From Clostridia bacterium (lineage in GTDB: Bacteria > Bacillota > Clostridia > Christensenellales > Aristaeellaceae), in NCBI GenBank assembly GCA_017545905.1, contig JAFWXL010000044.1, positions 758 to 64,757 of the forward strand: 64,000 nt of DNA. Direction: 5' to 3'. How positions within the stretch are numbered: position 1 is the stretch's first letter; each line of letters opens with the position of its first letter. Positions 27,965-37,378 of this stretch are shown here, in pieces. Below the pieces are notes generated by a model that worked only from the letters and a program-made list of their open reading frames with translations, was not told the DNA's origin and made no database searches. The position numbers were made by a program, and so were the translations under genes.

Positions 27965-30319
27965 ATGAACGGTTTTGTTTTGAAGAGATTGGCGTATCTG
28001 TGTGCATTATGCGCGCTGCTTATGCTGATGCTGGTCATTCCCTGCACGGTTCAGGCAGAAGAGACTCAGGCAGGCGGATCATTCGGGCTGATCATCAGCG
28101 AAGCCCAGAGCAACAATGATACAGATTGGATGCTGGGTTTCCATGATTATATTGAAGTCTACAATGCCGGTGACGAATCTGTCATGCTTTCGGATTATTT
28201 CCTGACGCGCGACGAGGCAGATCCCTTTTCCTGCCATCTGCCTGCGGTGGAGCTTGGGTCGGACAGCTATGCCCTGCTGATCTGTGATGTGGATCTGCTC
28301 GATTTTCGGCTGTCCAAGGAGGGATGTGAGCTGTTCCTCTATCACCGCAATGGCACACTGTGCGATGATGTGGAGCTGCCTGCGATGGAAAACAATGTGT
28401 GGCAGGCAGAGCATGGCCTCACACAGCAGCCGTCCCCGGGTTATCCCAATACGGCAGAGGGCGCAGCAGCATATCGCGCGACATTCAGCCAGACGCTGAT
28501 TGTCAGCGAAGTGGTTTCCTCCAACAGCAAGCTGCTGCCGCAAAACGACGAATACAACGATCTCATCGAGCTGCAGAATATCGGAGAGGAAACCGTCAAT
28601 CTCAGTCAGTATTATCTGTCGGACAAGAAGAAGAATCCCTTCCTCTGGCAGCTCCCGAATGTGGAGCTTGCTCCGGGCGAATGCTACGTCGTGCAGGCCT
28701 CCGGCAGCCAGAATGGTCATGAGGCGCCATTCAAGATTCCCGCTACCGGTGAGGCAATCTATATCAGCGACAGGAACGGCCAGTGCATTGATGCGCTGTA
28801 TGTACCGCCGCTGATGCCGGATACCTCCTACGGCCGGAGCGGTGATGCGCTGTTTTATTATGATCTGCCCTCGATCGGCAGACCGAATACAGACGGATTT
28901 GACGGCATTACGCAAACGCCGCAAGCCAGTCAGGACAGCGGCCCGCTCAGCGGGCCTGTCCATGTTACGCTCAGCGGCGAAGGTGAAATCTACTACACAC
29001 TCGACGGTAGGACGCCCAGCGGGAAAAGCGCCCGCTACGACGGCACGCCAATCGCCATCAGCAAAAACACTGTTCTGCGCGTACGCGCGGTAAAGGACGG
29101 CAAGCTGTGGTCACGGGTGGGAACCTATACCTACCTGATGGATGCGCAGAAGTATGAATTGCCGCTGCTGTGCATCAGCGCTGAACCCGGCGCAATCATG
29201 GGCGCAAATGGCATTTATACGCTGTACAAGAGCAAGAGCCGCGAAGCTGTAGTCAATATGACGCTGATCGAAAACGGCGTTGAGTGCTTCAGCGTAGACT
29301 GTGGTTTGAAGATCCATGGACAAGGAAGCCGTCAGCTTCCCAAAAAGAGCTTTCAGGTTCGGTTCCGCGCCAAGTATGGCTGCGGTCGGCTGGAATATAA
29401 GCTATTTGAGAATTCGCCGGTTACATCATTCAATGCCCTGGTATTACGCTGCGGTTCGGAAGATGCGACCCGCGCTTTTTTTCGCGATGAATTTCTCACA
29501 TCTTTGACAGCACAGACTATGCCCGAGGTACTCTATCAACGTCATAAGCCGGTGAACCTGTTTATTGACGGAGAGTATTTCGGTGTTTACTACATCCGCG
29601 AGCGCGTGACGGACGCCTTTGCCGCCTCGTACCTGGGCGGAGAAGAAGACGACGTCGACATGATACAGGGATGGAGCATTCAGGAGCACGGCAGCCGGGA
29701 TGACTGGATGGCCCTGCTTCGCTACTGCCGCAAGCACAATCTATCCGACGAAGAGGCATTCAATCATGTTGCGAGCCAGATTTCGCTGGAAAGCTTCATG
29801 GATTATTACATCGCGCGCGCGTATTCCGGCGACCGCGATTATACCAATATCCGCCATGTGCGCAGCCGCGGCGGCGACGGCCTGTGGCGAATTGTGAACT
29901 TTGATCTTGACTGGGGATTTGGCCAGCAGCCCGCTGCCTTCCATCAGATGATCGGAACAGTCAGCGACAAGACTGCGCTCAACACAGTCATTATCAATGC
30001 CCTGCTTCAGAATGCAAGCTTCAGAGATCAGATGCTCACGCGTCTTTCCTGGCATCTTCGCAACACGTATGACCCCGAACGCGTGATTGCGCATATCGAT
30101 GAGATGGCTGCGAAGGTTGATCATGATCTGCAATACAATTACGAGATATGGGGCGGCACCTATGAATCGTGGCTGGAGCATGTGCAGCTGCTTCGCGACT
30201 TTGTAAAGAGCGACGACTCGGATCGTGTGACGGCCATGATACAGAGCGCGAAGCGCGCCTTCCGCATGACAGAAGAAGAAATGGTGTATTACTTCGGTGA
30301 TCTTTATACGGGAAAGTGA
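27965..30319 (+). CDS. cotH: CotH-family spore-coat protein kinase-like protein with N-terminal lamin-tail-like domains
   Basis: Signal/TM N-terminus, then two LTD-like repeats (YIEVYNAGDESVMLSDYFLT and LIELQNIGEETVNLSQYYLS). A chitobiase-C-like domain (IYYTLDGRTPS) and a CotH core (YRDEFLT.., VYYIRERV) follow. Confidence 0.85.
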   Translation: MNGFVLKRLAYLCALCALLMLMLVIPCTVQAEETQAGGSFGLIISEAQSNNDTDWMLGFHDYIEVYNAGDESVMLSDYFLTRDEADPFSCHLPAVELGSDSYALLICDVDLLDFRLSKEGCELFLYHRNGTLCDDVELPAMENNVWQAEHGLTQQPSPGYPNTAEGAAAYRATFSQTLIVSEVVSSNSKLLPQNDEYNDLIELQNIGEETVNLSQYYLSDKKKNPFLWQLPNVELAPGECYVVQASGSQNGHEAPFKIPATGEAIYISDRNGQCIDALYVPPLMPDTSYGRSGDALFYYDLPSIGRPNTDGFDGITQTPQASQDSGPLSGPVHVTLSGEGEIYYTLDGRTPSGKSARYDGTPIAISKNTVLRVRAVKDGKLWSRVGTYTYLMDAQKYELPLLCISAEPGAIMGANGIYTLYKSKSREAVVNMTLIENGVECFSVDCGLKIHGQGSRQLPKKSFQVRFRAKYGCGRLEYKLFENSPVTSFNALVLRCGSEDATRAFFRDEFLTSLTAQTMPEVLYQRHKPVNLFIDGEYFGVYYIRERVTDAFAASYLGGEEDDVDMIQGWSIQEHGSRDDWMALLRYCRKHNLSDEEAFNHVASQISLESFMDYYIARAYSGDRDYTNIRHVRSRGGDGLWRIVNFDLDWGFGQQPAAFHQMIGTVSDKTALNTVIINALLQNASFRDQMLTRLSWHLRNTYDPERVIAHIDEMAAKVDHDLQYNYEIWGGTYESWLEHVQLLRDFVKSDDSDRVTAMIQSAKRAFRMTEEEMVYYFGDLYTGK

Positions 30320-30328
30320 AAGCAATCA

Positions 30329-30367
30329 ATCAGCCGGACTCAAGCTTTTTGAGTCCGGCTGATTTTT
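30329..30367. terminator. Bidirectional terminator between cotH and rfbD
   Basis: 15-bp perfect stem ATCAGCCGGACTCAA/TTGAGTCCGGCTGAT followed by TTTTT. Confidence 0.65.
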
Positions 30368-30372
30368 CCTAT

Positions 30373-31296
30373 TCATTCAAAGCTTTGAGACAATCTGATT
30401 GCCGCGAGATACCGTGCCAGTGCATCCCGCCATTCAGGCAGCGGTTCAAAGCCAGCCTCCGCCAGTTTGCGCTTGTCAAGCCTGCTGTTAAGCGGGCGCG
30501 CAGCTCTGGACAGGCCGTATTCCGCCGTCGTCACGGGGATCACCTGTGTGCGCAGCCCCGCCTGACGGAATATCTCTCTGGCGAAATCCGCCCATGAAAT
30601 ATAGCCGCCTTCATTGGTTGCATGATAGTAGCCATACTTCTGTGTTGCTATCATGTCCGCCAGCAGCCTTGCAAGATCCAGCGTGTACGTCGGCGTGCCG
30701 ATCTGATCACACACGACGCGCAGGCTGTCATGCTTCTGCCCCAGAGCGAGCATCGTTTTGATAAAATTTCTGCCATTGAGGCCGAATACCCACGCAATAC
30801 GCACGATGAAGTATTTTTCAAGCAGGCCGCTTACAGCCAATTCACCTTCCAGCTTGGTCTTGCCGTAGACGTTAAGCGGCGCATATTCCCTGCAGTCCGG
30901 CTGCCACGGCGTCCGCCCCTGTCCATCAAAGACATAATCCGTGGAGATGTACATCATCCTGCAGTCCAGCGCTTTGCAGGCCTTCGCGATGTTTTCCGTT
31001 CCGCAGGCGTTGACCGCACGAACCTTCTCCTCATGATCCTGCGCTGCGTCCACCGCCGTCCATGCTGCACAGTGAATCACGGCGTCCGGCCTGATCCTGC
31101 TCAGCGCAGCAGAAACCGCCGCCCCGTCCGTAATATCCAGCTGTATATACGGCGCACGGGTCACAGCTGTTCCATCCTGAATACCGGTATATCCAGGGGC
31201 CACGTCGCTGCCAATCGCCTCATGGCCGCGCCCGGCAAGCTCATTGACGACGTCGTGGCCAAGCTGACCGCATACGCCGGTAACAAATATCTTCAT
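30373..31296 (-). CDS. rfbD: dTDP-4-dehydrorhamnose reductase
   Basis: MKIFVTGVCGQLG Rossmann N-terminus, YGKTKLEGE catalytic YxxxK, and RfbD-like length. Confidence 0.9.
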   Translation of the reverse strand: MKIFVTGVCGQLGHDVVNELAGRGHEAIGSDVAPGYTGIQDGTAVTRAPYIQLDITDGAAVSAALSRIRPDAVIHCAAWTAVDAAQDHEEKVRAVNACGTENIAKACKALDCRMMYISTDYVFDGQGRTPWQPDCREYAPLNVYGKTKLEGELAVSGLLEKYFIVRIAWVFGLNGRNFIKTMLALGQKHDSLRVVCDQIGTPTYTLDLARLLADMIATQKYGYYHATNEGGYISWADFAREIFRQAGLRTQVIPVTTAEYGLSRAARPLNSRLDKRKLAEAGFEPLPEWRDALARYLAAIRLSQSFE

Positions 31297-31305
31297 AGGC
31301 TCACC

Positions 31306-32325
31306 TCAGCGGTTTGTGTACATCTTCTCATAGTAATTCCGGTACTCGCCGGAGATGATCTCCTCCCACCATTCGCGGTGATCCAGATACCACTGAATCG
31401 TCTTGACAATGCCGTCCTTGAACATCGTCTCCGGCAGCCATCCCAGCTCATTATGGATCTTCGTCGGATCGATCGCATAGCGCATATCGTGACCCTTGCG
31501 GTCGGCGACATAGGTGATCAGGCTCTCCGGTTTATTCAGCGCTTTGCAGATCAATCTGACGATGTCGATATTCCTCATCTCGTTGTGACCGCCGATGTTG
31601 TATACCTCACCTACGCGACCTTTATGGATAATCAGATCGATCGCCTTGCAGTGATCCTCCACATACAGCCAGTCGCGCACATTGAGCCCATCGCCGTAGA
31701 CGGGCAGCGGCTTATCATTCAGACAGTTTGCAATCATCAGCGGAATCAGCTTCTCCGGGAAATGATACGGACCATAGTTGTTTGAACAGCGGGAGATGCT
31801 TACCGGCAGGCCATATGTGCGGTGATATGCCAGAACAAGCAGATCCGCGCTCGCCTTGGAGGCTGAATACGGACTGGAGGTGTGGATCGGCGTGGTCTCT
31901 GTAAAAAACAGATCCGGACGATCCAGTGGCAGATCGCCATAGACCTCATCAGTGGACACCTGATGATAGCGCGTGACTCCATACCTGCAGCATGCGTCCA
32001 TCAGGGTCTGCGTGCCCAGAATATTGGTCCTGAGGAAAATGCCCGGATCCTCGATGGAGCGGTCGACATGGCTCTCCGCTGCGAAATTGACCACGATATC
32101 CGGCTTTTCCTCCTCAAAGAGCTGAAATACCGCCTCGCGGTCACAGATATCCGCCTTCACAAAGCGGAAATTCGGGTTATCCATGACGCCCTTAAGCGTG
32201 GACAGGTTGCCCGCATAGGTCAGCTTGTCCAGACAGACAACGCGGTAATCCGGATACCGGGAAAGCATATGAAAGACAAAATTGCTCCCGATGAATCCAG
32301 CGCCGCCGGTTACAATGATGGTCAT
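31306..32325 (-). CDS. rfbB: dTDP-glucose 4,6-dehydratase
   Basis: IIVTGGAGFIGSNF, STDEVYG and YSASKASADLL motifs. Confidence 0.95.
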   Translation of the reverse strand: MTIIVTGGAGFIGSNFVFHMLSRYPDYRVVCLDKLTYAGNLSTLKGVMDNPNFRFVKADICDREAVFQLFEEEKPDIVVNFAAESHVDRSIEDPGIFLRTNILGTQTLMDACCRYGVTRYHQVSTDEVYGDLPLDRPDLFFTETTPIHTSSPYSASKASADLLVLAYHRTYGLPVSISRCSNNYGPYHFPEKLIPLMIANCLNDKPLPVYGDGLNVRDWLYVEDHCKAIDLIIHKGRVGEVYNIGGHNEMRNIDIVRLICKALNKPESLITYVADRKGHDMRYAIDPTKIHNELGWLPETMFKDGIVKTIQWYLDHREWWEEIISGEYRNYYEKMYTNR

Positions 32326-32329
32326 ACGC

Positions 32330-32890
32330 TTATTCCTCCGTATAGCTGAAATTGCAATCGCTGTCGCAGAGCATTGGCGAAGATGTGTCCTTCTGGCTGA
32401 GCACCGGATTGGTCACACCCCAGTCAATGCCGATCTCCGGATCATTAAACCGGATACCGCGATCGCACGCCTTCGAATAGAAGTTGTCTACCTTGTAGCA
32501 GAATTCCACATCATCCGTCAGTGTCACAAAGCCATGACCAAAGCCGCGCGGAATAAACAGCATGCGCTTATTCTCCGCAGAGAGTTCCACGCCAACCCAC
32601 TGCTTATACGTCGGGCTTCCCTTGCGCAGATCCACACATACATCCAGAACAGCGCCCCTTGAAACACGGACAACCTTTGCCTGCGCCATGGGATTATTCT
32701 GAAAATGAATACCGCGCAGCGTACCTTTCAGCGCCGTATAGGACTGATTATCCTGCACAAATTCATTCGTAATACCAATATCGGCAAATTTTCTCTTAGA
32801 ATAGGTTTCCATGAAATATCCGCGATGATCACCAAACACCTGCGGCTCGATGATATACACGCCTAGAATCTTTGTTTCAATCCTTTTCAT
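32330..32890 (-). CDS. rfbC: dTDP-4-dehydrorhamnose 3,5-epimerase
   Basis: DHRGYFMETY, LRGIHFQ and PRGFGHGF cupin motifs. Confidence 0.95.
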   Translation of the reverse strand: MKRIETKILGVYIIEPQVFGDHRGYFMETYSKRKFADIGITNEFVQDNQSYTALKGTLRGIHFQNNPMAQAKVVRVSRGAVLDVCVDLRKGSPTYKQWVGVELSAENKRMLFIPRGFGHGFVTLTDDVEFCYKVDNFYSKACDRGIRFNDPEIGIDWGVTNPVLSQKDTSSPMLCDSDCNFSYTEE

Positions 32891-33777
32891 CAGTATCGCA
32901 GCCTTCCTTCCGCCACTGCCCTCAGATGCGCACCATATGGGCTCTTTCCATAGCGCTGCGCGCTTTCGAGCAGCTTCTCTCTGGTAATCCAGCCATTCTT
33001 ATAGGCGATCTCTTCCGGCGCACTGATCTTAATGCCCTGACGCTTTTCGACCATCCGGACAAAATCTGCCGCCTCAACAAGGCTATCCATCGTACCTGTA
33101 TCCAGCCAGGCAAAGCCGCGGCCAAGCAGCTGAACGTCCAGTCTGCCCTGCTTGAGATACATATCGTTGAGTGTGGTGATCTCCAGCTCTCCGCGTGCCG
33201 AAGGCTTCACATCGCGTGCCATCGTGCTGATGCCCTTCGGGTAGAAATACAGGCCCGTGATGGCATAGTTGCTTTTGGGTTCTCTGGGTTTTTCCTCCAC
33301 CGAGATCACATGGCCGTCTTTATCAAACTCAACCACACCAAAGCGCTCCGGATCGCTGACATAGTAACCAAAGACTGTCGCGCGGTCATTCCGATCTGCA
33401 TTGGCAGCAGCAGTGCGCAGAATCCTCGAGAAGCCATTGCCATAGAAGATATTGTCGCCCAGCACCATAGCGCATGCATCATCTCCAATAAAGCTTTCAC
33501 CCAGCAGAAACGCCTGTGCAAGGCCATCCGGAGATGGCTGCACGCAGTAAGAAAGATTCACACCAAACTGACTGCCGTCACGCAGCAGATTTTCAAAGCG
33601 CGGCGTATCCTCCGGCGTGGAGATGATGAGAATATCCTTGATTCCCGCCAGCATAAGGGTGGAAAGCGGGTAATAAACCATAGGCTTATCGTAGACAGGC
33701 AGAAGCTGTTTGCTCGTGACCATCGTCAGCGGATATAGACGGGTGCCGGCGCCGCCGGCAAGGATAATGCCTTTCAT
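32890..33777 (-). CDS. rfbA: Glucose-1-phosphate thymidylyltransferase
   Basis: [19 protein letters not shown]-terminus with an AGGAGG RBS. The track ORF extends spuriously to 33807. Confidence 0.95.
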   Translation of the reverse strand: MKGIILAGGAGTRLYPLTMVTSKQLLPVYDKPMVYYPLSTLMLAGIKDILIISTPEDTPRFENLLRDGSQFGVNLSYCVQPSPDGLAQAFLLGESFIGDDACAMVLGDNIFYGNGFSRILRTAAANADRNDRATVFGYYVSDPERFGVVEFDKDGHVISVEEKPREPKSNYAITGLYFYPKGISTMARDVKPSARGELEITTLNDMYLKQGRLDVQLLGRGFAWLDTGTMDSLVEAADFVRMVEKRQGIKISAPEEIAYKNGWITREKLLESAQRYGKSPYGAHLRAVAEGRLRY

Positions 33778-33963
33778 ACGTATTCCTCCTGCCTGATCTG
33801 TTGCCATTCTGACGTTTCCGCAGCGTTTTCTTTGCCGTTATTGCTTGTCAGAAAAACGCTGCAGCCAGTTGCCGCAGATTTGTCCGCCGAACCGGCGCCA
33901 TATAACACACTGAATCTGTCGTAATCGGCTACGAACTGCGTTCTAGCATAAAAATCCATGTTT

Positions 33964-33992
33964 ATTGTACACCACAAACCCTGCTGCTGCAA
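33964..33992 (-). promoter_or_regulatory. Candidate sigma-A-like promoter for the rfb operon, giving a leader of about 180 nt
   Basis: On the minus strand, TTGCAG-17 nt-TACAAT. Confidence 0.35.
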
Positions 33993-34105
33993 TAGACGTG
34001 GTGAAAAACCTCTTTTTCCGGCCTTGAGAAGAGAAAACACGATTCGCCGCAGCAGTTGGATTGCACCATCGCAGCCGGCATCTGTATGCAAACTGGATAA
34101 CAGCC

Positions 34106-34143
34106 AAAACAAACGGGGCGCAGCGCTATTCTCCGCTGCGCCC
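34106..34143 (-). terminator. Rho-independent terminator overlapping the stop codon of the upstream gene
   Basis: GGGCGCAGCG-8 nt-CGCTGCGCCC, followed on the minus strand by GTTTGTTTT. Confidence 0.55.
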
Positions 34144-34662
34144 GATTCGCGCATCTCTCAGCGCTGCAAAAACCACATCCCCAGCCTGACACGAAAATGC
34201 ACCCTGTACGTCAGCACACAGGTATGCGCCCGAATAATCCGGCAGGATGCTAAGACGACATGTCTGCCCGTTGTGCGCAGGCATCAGCAGCGCGTACAGG
34301 ATCGTCTGCACTGTGCCGCACAGAACCGCCGTCCGGGCTGCATCGCCTGTTCCTATGCGTGCCTGTACGCTGATAGACTCAAACCGCCTTCCTGTAAGCA
34401 GGCTTCGCAGATACGGGCGCAGAAGACGCTGCATGCGCTTTTGCCCCTTTCCCTGCCTGCGCTGCGTACGCCGGTAGCGCGGACTGATCCGCACGGGCCT
34501 GCCGTCATCCAGCAGGCGCAGTTCTGCATCATAGCGGAGGGTGACGCCGAATATGCCAATGCTCAGCGATACGCTTCCACGCCAGTCAACCACAGAAGCC
34601 TCTATGCGTACCAGCAGGCGCACACACAGCAGCCAGTACGCCAGCGCAATGAAAGCCAGCAT
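34126..34662 (-). CDS. Hypothetical membrane-anchored protein (possibly DUF2953/YtfI-like)
   Basis: AAGGAGG RBS before the ATG at 34662 and an N-terminal TM helix MLAFIALAYWLLCV. The family assignment is a guess from memory. Confidence 0.5.
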   Translation of the reverse strand: MLAFIALAYWLLCVRLLVRIEASVVDWRGSVSLSIGIFGVTLRYDAELRLLDDGRPVRISPRYRRTQRRQGKGQKRMQRLLRPYLRSLLTGRRFESISVQARIGTGDAARTAVLCGTVQTILYALLMPAHNGQTCRLSILPDYSGAYLCADVQGAFSCQAGDVVFAALRDARIGRSGE

Positions 34663-34750
34663 GCACAGCCTCCTTTTCCCTCTTTTCAAGCATGGGTGAT
34701 ATCCTGTATAATGAAGAAAAACAATCTGATTTATTCCGATGGAGGAACCT

Positions 34751-35506
34751 ATGAAACTGATTTCCTGGAACGTCAACGGCCTGCGCGCCTGCCTTGGCAA
34801 AGGCTTTGGCGATTACTTTGCCGCGCAGCACGCGGACTTTTTCTGCCTGCAGGAGACCAAGATGCAGCCCGGTCAGGCACAGATACCCGCAGAAGGCTAT
34901 CACGAATACTTTTACTCTGCTGAGAAGAAGGGCTATTCCGGCACGGCGATCCTCACCAGACACGAGCCGCTTTCCGTCGCCTATGGCATGGGCAGCGAGC
35001 TGCACGACCATGAGGGCCGGCTGATCACGCTGGAATATGAAAACTTCTATATGGTCACCTGCTACACCCCAAACAGCCAGCGCGAGCTGACCCGCCTGCA
35101 GTACCGTCTGTGCTGGGAAGAGGATTTCCGGATGTATCTCAAAAAGCTCGACGAGAAAAAACCCGTGATCGTATGCGGCGATCTGAATGTCGCGCACAAA
35201 GAGATCGACCTCAAGAACCCCAAAACCAACGTAAACAACGCCGGATTCACTCCTCAGGAACGCGCCGCGATGACCAGACTCCTTGACGCCGGCTTTGTGG
35301 ATTCGTTCCGTTACCTGCATCCGGATGCAACCGGCGCATACAGCTGGTGGAGCTACATGTTCAACGCCCGCGCAAACAACGCCGGATGGCGCATTGACTA
35401 CTTCCTCGTCAGCGAGCGCATCAAGGACAGGATTACTGCCGCCGAGATTCACAGCGACGTGATGGGCAGCGACCATTGTCCGGTTGTATTGGAGATTGAC
35501 CTGTAA
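34751..35506 (+). CDS. xth: Exodeoxyribonuclease III
   Basis: MKLISWNVNGLRA, FCLQETK, GDLNVAH and SDHCPV motifs. A GGAGGA RBS precedes the ATG at 34751. Confidence 0.93.
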   Translation: MKLISWNVNGLRACLGKGFGDYFAAQHADFFCLQETKMQPGQAQIPAEGYHEYFYSAEKKGYSGTAILTRHEPLSVAYGMGSELHDHEGRLITLEYENFYMVTCYTPNSQRELTRLQYRLCWEEDFRMYLKKLDEKKPVIVCGDLNVAHKEIDLKNPKTNVNNAGFTPQERAAMTRLLDAGFVDSFRYLHPDATGAYSWWSYMFNARANNAGWRIDYFLVSERIKDRITAAEIHSDVMGSDHCPVVLEIDL

Positions 35507-35637
35507 GGAACAGGGGGATCCCATGGCCGCCGACCTTATGATCCTGCCGGGGGGACATCGCTCCCCTTGTTCCGCTTCACAGCTTTTCAGGATGCTATGT
35601 ACAGGATGACAACGATAACCGAAAGGATGATACAATC

Positions 35638-36183
35638 ATGAAACTGATGTTTGCTTCCGATATTCACGGTTCCCGCAGCGCAATGGAGGCGATTCTGCGC
35701 CAGTACACGCTCGAAGGCGCAGACAGGCTCGTTCTGCTGGGCGATCTGCTCTATCACGGTCCGAGAAACGATCTGCCGGATCAGTACGACCCCAAAGCCG
35801 TGACAGCACTGCTCAATGAGAACAAAAACGAACTGCTCTGTGTACGCGGCAACTGCGACGCCGAGGTCGACCAGATGGTGCTGGAGTTCCCGATTCAGGC
35901 GGACTATGCGCTCTTTGATCTGGATGGCGTGACGGCGTTTGTGACCCATGGTCATCTCTTCCATACCTCTGCGCTTCCGCCGCACAAAGCCGGCGACCTG
36001 CTCATCCACGGTCACACGCACGTGCTCACCGTACAGCAGGCCGGCGGCATGACGTATATCAATCCCGGTTCCGCTGCGCTGCCCAAGGAGGGCAATCCGA
36101 AGAGCTATATGATCTACGACAAGGGCGTGTTTGAAATCAAGACGCTGGATGGTGAGATCATTAAGACGCACAAGATCTTTTGA
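35638..36183 (+). CDS. YfcE/MJ0936-family metallophosphoesterase
   Basis: SDIHG, GDLLYHGPRN, VRGNCD and THGH...HGHTH metal-binding motifs. Confidence 0.85.
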   Translation: MKLMFASDIHGSRSAMEAILRQYTLEGADRLVLLGDLLYHGPRNDLPDQYDPKAVTALLNENKNELLCVRGNCDAEVDQMVLEFPIQADYALFDLDGVTAFVTHGHLFHTSALPPHKAGDLLIHGHTHVLTVQQAGGMTYINPGSAALPKEGNPKSYMIYDKGVFEIKTLDGEIIKTHKIF

Positions 36184-36199
36184 TCTGCTAATATAACAC

Positions 36200-36236
36200 A
36201 CAGCCCGGACACGTCGCGTCCGGGCTGTTATTCTTG
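36200..36236. terminator. Bidirectional terminator between convergent yfcE-like and degV genes
   Basis: ACAGCCCGGAC-7 nt-GTCCGGGCTGT followed by TATTCTTG. Confidence 0.6.
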
Positions 36237-36316
36237 TTAAATTGCTTTTCATCGCGCAAAGCGCAAACGGGGCAATATCTCTGCCATGGATATGGGGACG
36301 ACGCCCCATCGTTTTC

Positions 36317-37186
36317 TTACCGTTCGCGTTTTTCACCCTCAAAGAGAATACCCACGGCTTCGGGACCTGTGTTCGAGCAAACGGCGCTGCCCAAATGGAA
36401 GATATGCGCCGGCGGATATCCGATGCTCTTTTCCAGTGCAGCGGCGTAATCTGCTTCGTACTTGTGATTGGTCACACCGAGATAATACGGCGTGCCGGGC
36501 GTCATGCGATTCTTGCAGTGATTGACCATGGCTGTCATCACCTGCTTATCGCCGCGCACCTTTTTGACCACCTGACTCTCGCCGTCGATGAGCGTGAAAA
36601 TTGGGCGGATGCCCAGCAGATCGCCTGCAATCGCGGCGGCAGCACTGACACGGCCGCTGCGGCGGATGACCTTGAGCGTGTAAGCGGTGAGCACCAGCTC
36701 CAGACGGGCAAAGCGATCATGGAGATACGCCACCACGCTGTCCAAAGACTCACCGGCCGCGAGCTTCTCGCTGGCAAAGCAGAGTTCCATACCATACGTT
36801 ACCGAATAAGAGTGGCTGTCCACGATCTCAATGCGCATGCTGCTGTCCGGATTCTCCTCGCGGAACTGAGCAGCTGCGGCATGCGCATTGCTGTTGGTCG
36901 AAGAGCCCGTTGCGTTGATGGAAACATAGAGCACTTCCTCCACGCCTTCGCTCGCATACTGCTCAAACTTGTCCAGAAACTCATAGGTCGTGATCTGCGA
37001 GGTCGTGGGCATGGAATCGGTCTTGCGCAGCATCTCGCTGAACTCCTCCGGCGTAAAATCCACGCGCTCAGTATAGCCCTCGCCGTCAAGAGCCAGCTTA
37101 AAGCAAAGTATATCAATATGATGCTGATCCGCCATTTCCTGCGGAAGATCGCAGGCAGAATCGGTCAATATGACGTACTTTTTCAT
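36317..37186 (-). CDS. DegV-family fatty-acid-binding protein
   Basis: The MKKYVILTDSACDLP start is preceded by GGAGGA, and the sequence is DegV-like throughout. The track ORF extends spuriously to 37282. Confidence 0.9.
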   Translation of the reverse strand: MKKYVILTDSACDLPQEMADQHHIDILCFKLALDGEGYTERVDFTPEEFSEMLRKTDSMPTTSQITTYEFLDKFEQYASEGVEEVLYVSINATGSSTNSNAHAAAAQFREENPDSSMRIEIVDSHSYSVTYGMELCFASEKLAAGESLDSVVAYLHDRFARLELVLTAYTLKVIRRSGRVSAAAAIAGDLLGIRPIFTLIDGESQVVKKVRGDKQVMTAMVNHCKNRMTPGTPYYLGVTNHKYEADYAAALEKSIGYPPAHIFHLGSAVCSNTGPEAVGILFEGEKRER

Positions 37187-37330
37187 CGAATCATCATCCT
37201 CCATATTACTAGAATACGATGATTCTATCATACAATATTCGATTTCCAAATACAAGGGTATTGTGAAACATTTCTGAAACAAAAATGAAACGGGTCAAAC
37301 ACTCGTGTAAACTTTCCTTTATGCAGGCCG

Positions 37331-37360
37331 AAAAAGAGAAAAGCCGCCCCGAAGGACGGC
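37331..37360 (-). terminator. Rho-independent terminator after fba
   Basis: On the minus strand, AGCCGUCC-UUCG-GGGCGGCU followed by UUUUCUCUUUUU. Confidence 0.6.
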
Positions 37361-37378
37361 TTTTGCTGTAAACCTGAA

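Noticed and set aside
35507-35637. A structured element after xth: an 11-bp long-range stem GGAACAGGGGG/CCCCTTGTTCC with a competing GGGGA/TCCCC hairpin, considered as a riboswitch or attenuator for the yfcE-like gene.
   Set aside because: It has no recognisable riboswitch core. It is most simply a weak GC-rich terminator or stabiliser after xth, and I cannot support more from the sequence alone.
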